Source of the DNA: Candidatus Hydrothermales bacterium
Lineage (GTDB): Bacteria; Hydrothermota; Hydrothermia; Hydrothermales; JAJRUZ01
Reading direction: 5' to 3'
DNA: 64,000 bases
Assembly (NCBI GenBank): GCA_039630575.1
Contig: JBCNUW010000002.1
Coordinates: 88,192 to 152,191 of the forward strand
Positions within the stretch are counted from its first letter, which is position 1, and each line of letters starts with the position of its first letter. The notes below the pieces were generated by a model, which saw nothing but the letters and a program-made list of their open reading frames with translations, searched no databases and had not been told where the DNA came from. The position numbers and the translations under genes are program-made. This document shows, one piece after another, positions 42,791-51,978 of this stretch.

Positions 42791-45700
42791 TTAAAATCCA
42801 CCAATTTGAACATAGAAACCTATTCTTGTCTGTCTCCTTGCAGACCATACACCAATGTTTTTGACCTCACCCTCAGGATCACCAAACTGATCGTACCAAT
42901 TTTCATCTTCGATGCTAACTAAGTTTCTATAGTTAAATATGTTATAAATATCCACGAAAAGTTGTAAGTTTCCTTTACCTCTTAGTAAAGGAAAGTTCTT
43001 ATAAATTCTTAAGTCAGCATCTTTTGTAGATGGAAGTCTCCTTGCATTTATTAGTTCAATAGCATCCCTCTCTGACCTAATAGGAGGTGTCCATGGATAA
43101 CCTGAACCGTAACTGTATTGAAGTGAAATACCATAGTCAGAAAGCCTTAAAAACTTCCTATTCTTTGGAACTATCCAGGAAATAACTGCATTTATAGTAT
43201 GGGTCTGATCCCAATCAAGAGGAGATTCCCTTGGAGGAAGAGGATAACCTAGCCACTGCCAATAATAACCTAAATATGGAGAAGAGAAGGAACCTCTTGC
43301 CACCTGGAATGTATAGTTTATATTAAGTGAAAGATAGGGTATAAAGGTTCCAGCAGGTCTTTTAATTATCTCTATTTCAATTCCCCTTGAAGAACCATAG
43401 TCCTCATTATAAAAAGTTGTAACATTAGTTAAAGGATCTACTTTATAAAACTTTGTTCTTGCCCAATTCTGGATATCCTTGTAGAATGCAGTAACATCTA
43501 CAATAAATTCAGGCGTGAATCCATGCTTAACCCCAAGTTCATAAGAAACTGTTTTTTCTGGCTTAAGTTTTGGATTACCAATTATGGGGAAAGCACCTGT
43601 TACTACGTAATTAAAGTTTGTCTGATTATATGATGGAATCTGATAATAGTGCCCATAGGTAAAATGCAAAACATCCCTTTCAGTAATAGGATGAGATACA
43701 CCAATTCTTGGAGAAACAATCCAGTAAGGCTTTGTATTCTCAGCTACTGAAAAGTATTTAACACCATACACAGGATCAACTACAAAGGCATCCTGTGGTC
43801 TTGTCTCAAGAATAGGTGAATAATAACCATCATTATCTATATAATCAAACCTTACACCAACTCTTGCGTACATTCCTTCCATTTCAATTTTATCTCTCAA
43901 AAAGAAGGCAAACTGATAAGGCTTTACCTTATGAGCATTCAACCAATCAACAAAGGTATAAGTAGTATCAAAAGATCTCCTTGAAAGTGGAGGATTAACC
44001 ATCTGAAGATAAATATTTCCTCCTGAGGCAAAATCAACATCATAGACCATAAGGTTAATCCTCTTAAACTCAGCTCCCATCAGAATCTCATGTCCAGGAG
44101 CAGTTTTAGTTTTCTTTGTGAGCTGAGCTGTCATCTTCCAAGATAGGGTAAAGTGATTGTTTCTTAAATAACCCCATTGATCCCTCTCAAAATTATGGGG
44201 ATAAGGTAAATAAAGGTTACCAACAGATAAAATTGTCCTTCTTATTTGTGAACCTGGTGGTAGAAAACTCATTCTTTGAGTTTCAAAAAATCTCCAATCT
44301 AGCTGTAAAGGATAAGGATAGTATACTCCTTGCATATCTACAAAAGTATCTATACTTCCATCTGGAAGTACCACTTCAATTACATCAAAATCTTGAACAA
44401 AACTCTGACCCCATCCGTATCTGTTTAGGGGGGCATTCATATCTGTTGGCCACCATTGAGGATGTGCTGCACTCTGTCCAGGATAAAAACCATAGACAAA
44501 ATCTTCCCACCAGAAGAACGGAAGTTCTACATAACCTTCTTTCTCATTAACATTAAAATTCTCCCTCTTTAAATTTGTCATCTTTGCTATAGAGTCAATT
44601 CCATACCAATAATTAGGATCTATAACCCATGTACCTCTAACAGGGTCATAATAAACTCTCTTAAAGTAATCGATATCTATTTCAGCGAATCCATCAAGAT
44701 CTCTATCATCAAAATCGTCTACACCATCTTTATCCATATCTTCAAATATATTTCTCTTTTGAGACCTCTGGAAAAACCCAAAGTTTATCTCGTTCATATA
44801 TTTCTGAGCTACAAGCCAGTTTATACCACCAGAGAAACTCGTCAAATACCTATGAAACTCAAAACTTAAATCAGGTAATAGTCTAAATTGAGGATCATAA
44901 ACTCCAAATCTTTCAAACCTGTAAAAACCTGTAAAATAAAGAAGAAGATAAAGTGAAGGTCTTACATCCAATCTCCATGAAAGACCGTAGTTTTTTATCC
45001 TCTTTTTCTCATCAGCATAAACTGGAAATCTTCCCTTGTGAGTAATGTAATCACCACTTATCAGAAAGCTTGCAGCCTCTCTCCTCATAAAGGGAATGGG
45101 ACCAGATAGAGAAAATTCATTTAATATTTCATCCCTTCTGTGTCTTTTTCCTTTAGTAGTTCCCATATCCTTATTTATACCAAGCAGGAAATCCCTGATA
45201 TAGTCTCCCCTTTCTACATTAAAGAAACTATTAATACCTTCTCCGAGAAAACTTAAATTCGTTGTTGAAAATCTATATTCTGAACTGTATTTATCCCCTC
45301 CACCTTTTGTAACAACATTTATCATACCTCCTGCAGCACTTCCTTGATCAACGTCAAATCCACCAGTTGAAACACCTGCTTCCTCCATTGCAAGAAGTGG
45401 TATTCCAGGAGCTGTAAAGGCTGTAAATGGATCCCTTACCTCAACACCATTTACAACATAAACAACCTCATCAGGTCTTGATCCCCTTATGTGCAACCCT
45501 CCCCTTTCCACAACACCCACAGAAATCTCAACAACACCTTGAATACTCATTACAGGAATGTTAGCCACTTCCTCTTTCTTCATAATTTTTCTTGATTCTG
45601 GAAGATCAGCTCTTATTAGCTCTTCTTTTGCCTCTACAACAATAGGTGGAACCTCAACAGTAGTTGGTTTTAAGGCAACATTCACCTCAACAGTTCTATC

Positions 45701-45979
45701 GGCTTCTACAGCAACACCTTTTATAATACTCGGCTGATATCCCGCATAGGTCACTTCAATATCATATTTACCAGGTGGAACTTTTAAGATGACAAAATAT
45801 CCTTGGTCATCAGTATATGTTCCCATTTGGGTTCCAACTATTTTTACGATTGCGAAGGGGAGACCCTCTCCGGTCGTTGCATCAGTGACACGACCGGAAA
45901 TTTTTCCTGTAGTTCCTGCCCACAGGATACTTACTAAAAATCCTGCAAGCAGGAAACTGCACATTATTTTTAACCTCAT
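42791..45979 (-). CDS. TonB-dependent receptor with N-terminal carboxypeptidase-regulatory-like domain
   Basis: GTTGKISGRVTD, plug HIRGSR..YVVNG, GGF..GG.INVVTK, SPRIGVSHPI, GNPKLKPEKT..YELG, NIFN, terminal Phe. Confidence 0.92.
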   Translation of the reverse strand: MRLKIMCSFLLAGFLVSILWAGTTGKISGRVTDATTGEGLPFAIVKIVGTQMGTYTDDQGYFVILKVPPGKYDIEVTYAGYQPSIIKGVAVEADRTVEVNVALKPTTVEVPPIVVEAKEELIRADLPESRKIMKKEEVANIPVMSIQGVVEISVGVVERGGLHIRGSRPDEVVYVVNGVEVRDPFTAFTAPGIPLLAMEEAGVSTGGFDVDQGSAAGGMINVVTKGGGDKYSSEYRFSTTNLSFLGEGINSFFNVERGDYIRDFLLGINKDMGTTKGKRHRRDEILNEFSLSGPIPFMRREAASFLISGDYITHKGRFPVYADEKKRIKNYGLSWRLDVRPSLYLLLYFTGFYRFERFGVYDPQFRLLPDLSFEFHRYLTSFSGGINWLVAQKYMNEINFGFFQRSQKRNIFEDMDKDGVDDFDDRDLDGFAEIDIDYFKRVYYDPVRGTWVIDPNYWYGIDSIAKMTNLKRENFNVNEKEGYVELPFFWWEDFVYGFYPGQSAAHPQWWPTDMNAPLNRYGWGQSFVQDFDVIEVVLPDGSIDTFVDMQGVYYPYPLQLDWRFFETQRMSFLPPGSQIRRTILSVGNLYLPYPHNFERDQWGYLRNNHFTLSWKMTAQLTKKTKTAPGHEILMGAEFKRINLMVYDVDFASGGNIYLQMVNPPLSRRSFDTTYTFVDWLNAHKVKPYQFAFFLRDKIEMEGMYARVGVRFDYIDNDGYYSPILETRPQDAFVVDPVYGVKYFSVAENTKPYWIVSPRIGVSHPITERDVLHFTYGHYYQIPSYNQTNFNYVVTGAFPIIGNPKLKPEKTVSYELGVKHGFTPEFIVDVTAFYKDIQNWARTKFYKVDPLTNVTTFYNEDYGSSRGIEIEIIKRPAGTFIPYLSLNINYTFQVARGSFSSPYLGYYWQWLGYPLPPRESPLDWDQTHTINAVISWIVPKNRKFLRLSDYGISLQYSYGSGYPWTPPIRSERDAIELINARRLPSTKDADLRIYKNFPLLRGKGNLQLFVDIYNIFNYRNLVSIEDENWYDQFGDPEGEVKNIGVWSARRQTRIGFYVQIGGF

Positions 45980-45996
45980 ATAAACCCTCCTTGCTC

Positions 45997-46605
45997 TTAT
46001 TTTGTTAATCTAAATATAAAAGGAATAACAACCCTAACTGAAACTGGTATACCTGCCTGTTTGGCAGGTTTAAATAAACATTGAAGGGCAGCCCTTTCTA
46101 CAGGCTCCCTAAATATTTCATTATCAACAAAAATCTTTTCTATTTTAACAACCCTACCATCTGGTCCAACTATCACAAGAACCTTTGCAGTTCCCTGTAT
46201 CCCTAACTTTCTTGCAACCTCAGGATACTCTGGCTCAACCTTTTTTATCAATACAGGCTTTTCTTCAACCTCAAACTCATTAAATACTTGACCTGGCTCT
46301 GGTAAAGGTATATCAATTTCTACATCACCTGCTGTACCCTCTTGTATCGTTTCCTGAACATTTTCTTCCTCTTCCTCCTCTGCCTCCTCAATTTCTACAG
46401 GCAATTTAGGCTTTGGTGGTGGTTGAGGAAGCTGAATCTCCTCGAGCTTTTCTTGAATATTTTCCATAAGTATGTCTCTTTGCCCTCTTGATACATAAGG
46501 ATTTACACTGACCTTCACCCCTAAAAACAATACTATAAAAAGAATAAAGGTCAGTGAAAGAGCTATTTGGGTAATAAGATCCCCTTTTTCTCTTGGATCA
46601 AACAT
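45997..46605 (-). CDS. tonB: Energy transducer TonB
   Basis: One TM helix, Pro/Glu-rich linker, PEYPEVARKLGIQG..FKPA..VVIPFIF. Confidence 0.92.
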   Translation of the reverse strand: MFDPREKGDLITQIALSLTFILFIVLFLGVKVSVNPYVSRGQRDILMENIQEKLEEIQLPQPPPKPKLPVEIEEAEEEEEENVQETIQEGTAGDVEIDIPLPEPGQVFNEFEVEEKPVLIKKVEPEYPEVARKLGIQGTAKVLVIVGPDGRVVKIEKIFVDNEIFREPVERAALQCLFKPAKQAGIPVSVRVVIPFIFRLTK

Positions 46606-46648
46606 AATTTATTTTAGGAAATTAAATTGTTATTTTTCAACAAAAAAA

Positions 46649-47062
46649 TCATTTTTTTTCAAAATCAGTTCTGAAACTTATTCTCAAAGCTTTTGCCTCT
46701 CTTAAAGACTCAGTTACCATATTTACATATTTATATTTAACCCTTTTATCTGCCATTATCATTGTTAAAAGCTGAGGATCTTCAAACATGAGCCTTCTAA
46801 ATTCCTTTTCTATATAACTTGTATCTACTGGTAAATCATGAACAAAAATATCACCATTGGAAGATATCCATATGTAAGCTAAATGTTTATGCTTCTTTAT
46901 CCTTTGCGTTTGTTCAGCCTGAGGAAACTGAATAACCTTAAGTCCCCTTTCTTTCCTAAAAACAGTTGTTAACATAAAAAATATTATAAGAAGAAAGGCT
47001 ATATCAGCCATTGAAGCAGTAGGTATAACTACCTTCGGCTTAGCTATTTTCTCTATTTTCAT
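46649..47062 (-). CDS. exbD: ExbD/TolR family protein
   Basis: PTASMADIAFLLIIFFM, ADKRVKY. Confidence 0.93.
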   Translation of the reverse strand: MKIEKIAKPKVVIPTASMADIAFLLIIFFMLTTVFRKERGLKVIQFPQAEQTQRIKKHKHLAYIWISSNGDIFVHDLPVDTSYIEKEFRRLMFEDPQLLTMIMADKRVKYKYVNMVTESLREAKALRISFRTDFEKK

Positions 47063-47565
47063 ATTTCCTCCCCTATTCCTTTAATTGAAATCTTTCTCGG
47101 TATTTTCTCATCATCGTCCAAAATACCATTTCTATTTTTATCAAGAAGACCCCTTTTCCACATTATTGAATCAACTTCTTCATAGGAGAGCAAAACTTCA
47201 TCAAATACATCTATCATAATATTATAAACTGAATTGACATTTGTTTTAATAAAGATAACTATTTTATCTGGATTGTTAAGTATTTCATTTTTAATCTTCT
47301 CTCTTAACATGCTAAAGGGAGTTTCAGTGAGTTCTTCCTTAAAGAAAATTTTCCCCTCAGGATTTATAAATATAGATAAGAGATTTTCCTTTTTAATTTT
47401 TATTACCCTTTCCTCTGACTTTTCTGGCAAAATAATCTTTAAACCTCTATCTCTTGAAAATATAGTGGTGACCATAAAGAATATGATAAGTAAAAAGGCT
47501 ATGTCAGCCATTGAGGCAGTTGGTATCTCTGCCTCGTACTTAAATCTACCCTTAAAAAGTGACAT
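47059..47565 (-). CDS. exbD: ExbD/TolR family protein with DxNxNG insertion
   Basis: PTASMADIAFLLIIFFMVTT; second paralog. Confidence 0.9.
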   Translation of the reverse strand: MSLFKGRFKYEAEIPTASMADIAFLLIIFFMVTTIFSRDRGLKIILPEKSEERVIKIKKENLLSIFINPEGKIFFKEELTETPFSMLREKIKNEILNNPDKIVIFIKTNVNSVYNIMIDVFDEVLLSYEEVDSIMWKRGLLDKNRNGILDDDEKIPRKISIKGIGEEI

Positions 47566-47569
47566 AATT

Positions 47570-48235
47570 TTATTTTACTTTAGTTTCAAGAACATATTCA
47601 ATTAAAGTGTTTGCTGCTTCCTCCATTTCTCTTGAAAAAGCATTAATCCTTGAGGAAAAAAAGGTGTGAAAAATTGCAACTGGTGCTGCTATTAAAAGAC
47701 CTGTAGCAGTTGTAATTAGAGCTTCAGAAATTCCTGCAGCTACAAGAGTTGGCTCAACTTCTCCAGCCGCTGCTACTGCTTGAAAGGCTCTAATCATACC
47801 TGTTACTGTTCCTAAAAATCCTAAAATAGGAGCTATAGTTGTAAAGGAAGCAAGCCAAAGCATACCCCTATCAAGGAAAGCAAGCTCAGTTGTTGCTCTC
47901 CTTGCAACATTTTCTTCTATTATTTCCTTAGAATTTCCTGCTTTCTCAAGAACAGCCTGACAGATTTTTGAAACAACAGAAGTATTCCTTGAGCAATAGT
48001 CCATTGCTTCCGACAAACCACTAGTTTCAATCAAATCAATAACATCAACAACAAATCTTCTTGGATTTGTTCTTAACCTAAAAAGAGTATAAAACCTTTC
48101 AATAATTATCACAACAGATAATATAGCAACAAGCAGTAAAAGCCACATTACTCCTCCACCCTTATGGAAATAGTCTACAAGACTTTCTATTACTCCTTGC
48201 TGGCCTATTATTAAAGTTGTTAAAATTCCACTCAT
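47570..48235 (-). CDS. exbB: ExbB/TolQ/MotA proton channel
   Basis: GGGVMW, APILGFLGTVTGMIRAF, GISEALITTATGL. Confidence 0.93.
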   Translation of the reverse strand: MSGILTTLIIGQQGVIESLVDYFHKGGGVMWLLLLVAILSVVIIIERFYTLFRLRTNPRRFVVDVIDLIETSGLSEAMDYCSRNTSVVSKICQAVLEKAGNSKEIIEENVARRATTELAFLDRGMLWLASFTTIAPILGFLGTVTGMIRAFQAVAAAGEVEPTLVAAGISEALITTATGLLIAAPVAIFHTFFSSRINAFSREMEEAANTLIEYVLETKVK

Positions 48236-48253
48236 TTTAATTTAAATTGTTTT

Positions 48254-48284
48254 TGTGGAATTGAACCCTTTACAGAGTCTATCA
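48254..48284 (-). promoter_or_regulatory. Extended -10 and T-arm-like hairpin before exbB
   Basis: Minus strand TG-A-TAGACT (48276-48284), then TGT-AAAG-GG-TTCAATT-CC-ACA (core 48257-48267), 21 nt before ATG; no SD. Confidence 0.7.
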
Positions 48285-48632
48285 TCTCGAAACCCAATAA
48301 AGATAGATGGATGTTGCTAAAAATGAAAAAAGAGACCCTAATAAAAAAAACAAATTCTCAAAAAAACTAAGCTGAAAAGAATTCAAAATAATTTCAAAAA
48401 GTTCAAAACCAGCTACCTTTAATCTTGGATAAACAAAAACAATTTTATAAAAATGAATTATAGAAGCAAGAAGAAGAAAAAAAGCCCCGATTAACGGAAA
48501 AACAGTAAGAAATTTTGGTTTTCTCAAAAGCATTAGCATTCTTGAAAGTATACCAGAAAAATAAAAAAGTGAAAAAACAAATAAAAGAGTCCCAATAAAA
48601 AATAGAATTTCTGCCCTTATATCAAATTTCAT
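48282..48632 (-). CDS. Small three-TM hypothetical protein
   Basis: 116 aa hydrophobic ORF, ATGA overlap with upstream gene, SD AGGAGG. Confidence 0.7.
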   Translation of the reverse strand: MKFDIRAEILFFIGTLLFVFSLFYFSGILSRMLMLLRKPKFLTVFPLIGAFFLLLASIIHFYKIVFVYPRLKVAGFELFEIILNSFQLSFFENLFFLLGSLFSFLATSIYLYWVSR

Positions 48633-48976
48633 CTTTTAAATCCTCCTTTTACCACATTTAGAAAACTCCTTAAACTTATAAAGGTTAAAAGCGAACCAAT
48701 AAAAAATAAACCATAACAAATTAAGCTCTCAAGTGGAGTCAATTTCACTTTACCCTGAAAAGCTGAATAAAGGGAAAATATTCCGTAAAGAAAAAGACCA
48801 GTTGGAGCTATCATTATGAAAAACCAACCAGTTTTAAGTTTTAAAACCTTTTCAAATCTCCTTGCAATTATTCCGGTAAACACAAAGGAAACCCAAAGTA
48901 AGAATATAGCAAAAAGTAATATATAATTTGAAAATCTTATATATAAAAACTCTTGCTGAGGTGTTAAATCAAACAT
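48629..48976 (-). CDS. Small three-TM hypothetical protein
   Basis: 115 aa hydrophobic ORF; TTGAAA-18-TAAAAT ends 5 nt before ATG. Confidence 0.7.
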   Translation of the reverse strand: MFDLTPQQEFLYIRFSNYILLFAIFLLWVSFVFTGIIARRFEKVLKLKTGWFFIMIAPTGLFLYGIFSLYSAFQGKVKLTPLESLICYGLFFIGSLLTFISLRSFLNVVKGGFKR

Positions 48977-49019
48977 AACTTATTTTAACAAATTTTTAAC
49001 AGAAATTTCAAATAAAAAA

Positions 49020-49697
49020 TCATCTTTCTTCCCTTTTTATTTTTCCAAACTCCATATGAATTATCCTCTTTACTTTAATTTTCTCAATCAAAGAGTAATT
49101 ATGAGTAGCCATTAGGATTGTAGTCCCCTTTGAATGAATTTCTTGGAGATGGTACATTATTTCCTCCTGAGCACCTGGATCTATGTTTCCAGTTGGTTCA
49201 TCAGCTATAAGTATTACCGGCTCCCTTATAAGAGCTCTTGCTATTGCTAACTTTTGCTTTTCACCTCCAGAAAGTTCATATACGCTCTTTTCAGCTTTTG
49301 AAAGCATTCCAAGATTATATAGTATACTTAAAGCTTTTTCCCTTGCCTTTCTTGAGGTTTCACCTGTTGCCTCAAGGGCAAGTGATACGTTTGAAAGGGC
49401 ATTCCTATCAGATAAAAGCTTAAAGTCCTGAAAAATTATACCTATTCTTCTTCTCAAAAAATTTATTTCATTTCTTTTAATATATCTTGAAGAAAAGTTA
49501 AGAACCCTCACTTCACCCTCATCAGGAAACTCAGCCATGTAAATATGTCTTAAAAGTGTTGTTTTCCCAGCACCTGTTGGACCAACAATAAAAACAAATT
49601 CTCCCTTTTTTATCTCCAAATTCACATCATGAAGTGCCCTAAATCTTCCCTCGTAAACCTTTGAAACCTTTATACACTGCACTACCACATCCATCAC
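49020..49697 (-). CDS. ftsE: Cell division ABC ATPase FtsE
   Basis: GPTGAGKTT, LRRRIGIIFQDFKLL, LSGGE, ADEPTGN, MATH. Confidence 0.9.
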   Translation of the reverse strand: MMDVVVQCIKVSKVYEGRFRALHDVNLEIKKGEFVFIVGPTGAGKTTLLRHIYMAEFPDEGEVRVLNFSSRYIKRNEINFLRRRIGIIFQDFKLLSDRNALSNVSLALEATGETSRKAREKALSILYNLGMLSKAEKSVYELSGGEKQKLAIARALIREPVILIADEPTGNIDPGAQEEIMYHLQEIHSKGTTILMATHNYSLIEKIKVKRIIHMEFGKIKREER

Positions 49698-51271
49698 ATT
49701 CTTAAAGGTGCGGTTATACCCATAGAGTTTAAGGTAAATTTTAATAAATTTTTGAGAGATTTTACAAGAAAAAGTCTTTTTTGTGTTCTATATGAATCTT
49801 TTTCATCAACAATTCTTTCAGATTGATAAAAGGAATGAAAAAGAGAGGAAATTTCAATCAACTTGTTAGGAAGAATATGGGTGTAAAAGTTTTTGGAAAT
49901 TTTATGGTAAATATTCTGGATCAAAAAGATTTTCTTTAAAATCTCTCTTTCTTTTTTATCAACATCAAATTTTTTTGGAATTTTAAAATTATTAAAACCC
50001 TTTTTAATTGCAAATTCAATAACCTGATTTGCTCTTGCATGGGCATACTGAACATAATATAGTGGATTATCAATACTCATTTTTTTTGCCACTTCAAGAT
50101 CAAAATCAAGTGGTGATGAAGGTGCGCGTAAAAGTAAAAAAAACCTTGCGGCATCTTTACCAACCTCTTTAATCAAATCATCAAGAGAATAAATTTCACC
50201 CTTTCTTTTGCTCATCCTAACAATTTCATTTCCTCTTTTTAAATTTACCTGTTGAACAATTAGAACTTTAAAATTCTCAAAAGATAAAACCTTTAAAGCA
50301 CTTTCCATCCTTTTTATGTAACCGTGATGATCAGGGCCCCATAAATTAATTAAATAAGTGTAACCTCTTTTTATTTTTGAAAGGTGATAGGCTATATCGA
50401 TAGCAAAATAAGTATATTCTCCATCTGATTTTACAAGAACTCTGTCTTTTTCGTCGCCAAAAATTGTGCTTTTAAAAAATAAGGCACCGTTCTCCATATA
50501 GGTGTAATTGCTTAATTTTTTTAAAACTTCATTTACAAAACCACTTTTTCTTATTTCACTTTCATAATAAAAATTTTTAAATTCTGTTTTAAACCTTTTT
50601 AGTGATCTTTTTTGCATTCTTATTATTTCTTTTAAAACAAATTCTCTTATATTTAAGTTCAAATTTTTTTTAACATATTGCATAGCTAATTTTTTTAAAT
50701 ATTCACCGTGATAACCCTCTTCAGGAATTTGAAAATCTTCTCCCTTTATCTCTTTAATTCTTTCTAGCATAGAAATCTCAAGTAGGTCAATTTGTTTTCC
50801 CTCATCATTACAATAGTATTCAGAATCACATTCAAATCCTGTGATTTTAAAGGATTTGCAGAGTAGATCTCCTATACAAGCAGCCCTTGCATTTGCCACA
50901 TTGAGGGGACCTGTTGGATTTGCTGAAATATACTCAATTAAAACTTTTCCATCTTTTTTTCCTCCCCTAAAGAACCTTGATGGATTTTTAAATAAAATTT
51001 TAATAGAATCAATCAAAAGTTTATCACTAATTTTTATATTAATAAATCCATTTATAAATTCTACTTTTTCAAAAAAATCTATTTCTCTGAGATCTTTCAG
51101 TATTTTTTCAACTTTTGTTTTGCCTTCACTTAGAATTTCAAAGGCAGGAAAAGAAATATCAGCATCAATTCCCTTTACCTCTGGTTCAAAAACTTCTAAG
51201 TTAATCTTTTTTTCTAAATTATTTTGAACTATTTTCTTTATAAGATCTTCAACCTCTAAAAGTCGTGTCAT
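49694..51271 (-). CDS. argS: Arginine--tRNA ligase
   Basis: EYISANPTGPL, KSDGEYTY, WGPDHHGY, RMSKR, YVQYAHAR. Confidence 0.93.
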   Translation of the reverse strand: MTRLLEVEDLIKKIVQNNLEKKINLEVFEPEVKGIDADISFPAFEILSEGKTKVEKILKDLREIDFFEKVEFINGFINIKISDKLLIDSIKILFKNPSRFFRGGKKDGKVLIEYISANPTGPLNVANARAACIGDLLCKSFKITGFECDSEYYCNDEGKQIDLLEISMLERIKEIKGEDFQIPEEGYHGEYLKKLAMQYVKKNLNLNIREFVLKEIIRMQKRSLKRFKTEFKNFYYESEIRKSGFVNEVLKKLSNYTYMENGALFFKSTIFGDEKDRVLVKSDGEYTYFAIDIAYHLSKIKRGYTYLINLWGPDHHGYIKRMESALKVLSFENFKVLIVQQVNLKRGNEIVRMSKRKGEIYSLDDLIKEVGKDAARFFLLLRAPSSPLDFDLEVAKKMSIDNPLYYVQYAHARANQVIEFAIKKGFNNFKIPKKFDVDKKEREILKKIFLIQNIYHKISKNFYTHILPNKLIEISSLFHSFYQSERIVDEKDSYRTQKRLFLVKSLKNLLKFTLNSMGITAPLRM

Positions 51272-51599
51272 ATTTTATTTTTCTACTATTTTCATAAAGG
51301 GATTCAATATCATAGAAAGCTCTTGTTTTTTCATCAAAAATGTGAACTACTATATCTCCAGCATCAACAAGAACCCACTTACCGTTTTCATAACCTTCAA
51401 TATGGTGGATTTTGATTCCCCTTTTCTTTAATTTAGTCTCAATCTCTTCAGCAATTGCTCTGGCGTGGTCCTCTGATAAAGATGTTGCCAAAATAAAATA
51501 ATCACATATTCCCATTAGTAAATTTCTAACATCAATAATAAGAATATCCTCTCCCTTTTTATTATAAATAAGTTCTGATATATACTTTACTATTTCCAA
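51249..51599 (-). CDS. rsfS: Ribosome silencing factor RsfS
   Basis: KKGEDI..DV, DYFILAT, EG..WVLVD.GD.VVHIF..R.FYDIE. Confidence 0.95.
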   Translation of the reverse strand: MEIVKYISELIYNKKGEDILIIDVRNLLMGICDYFILATSLSEDHARAIAEEIETKLKKRGIKIHHIEGYENGKWVLVDAGDIVVHIFDEKTRAFYDIESLYENSRKIKYDTTFRG

Positions 51600-51964
51600 A
51601 TTAAAAGTAAATCTTTAAAAATTTTTTTATAATCTTTACCAATCACAAGAGAAACATCGGTTAACTTCTGAGGATCAGGATCAAAATCTAACCTTTTGAT
51701 GCCTGTAAATTTGGCTAAAACTTTTGCATACCTTTTATCAGGACTTACTCTCTCGATAATCACAGTTTTAGATAAAGTATCAGAAGCATTATCAAATCTT
51801 ATAACATCGAATCCTCTTCTTCTTAATTCCATGGATATAACTCTTGCAAGGTGCATCTCTCCGGTGGCATTCAAAACTTCAACCCTTACTTCTGATGGTT
51901 TTATGTTTTCTCTTTTAGAACAAGAAAGTAATGTTGTTAAGATCAAAAAAAGTATCTTAAACAT
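51590..51964 (-). CDS. LytR C-terminal domain lipoprotein
   Basis: LLSC lipobox, VEVLNATG..LA, DVSLVIGKDY; start at ATG 51964. Confidence 0.85.
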   Translation of the reverse strand: MFKILFLILTTLLSCSKRENIKPSEVRVEVLNATGEMHLARVISMELRRRGFDVIRFDNASDTLSKTVIIERVSPDKRYAKVLAKFTGIKRLDFDPDPQKLTDVSLVIGKDYKKIFKDLLLIWK

Positions 51965-51978
51965 CTTTAATTTTAAAT

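Noticed and set aside
45941..46069. Inverted repeats TCCTGC/GCAGGA and ACCTGCC/GGCAGGT
   Set aside because: Inside coding sequence, explainable by codons, no U-tract
21277..48268. T-loop motifs as tRNA genes or att-site remnants
   Set aside because: No acceptor, D or anticodon arms, no integrase, flanks differ, and the loop differs from the local tRNA-Thr (TTCGAGT)
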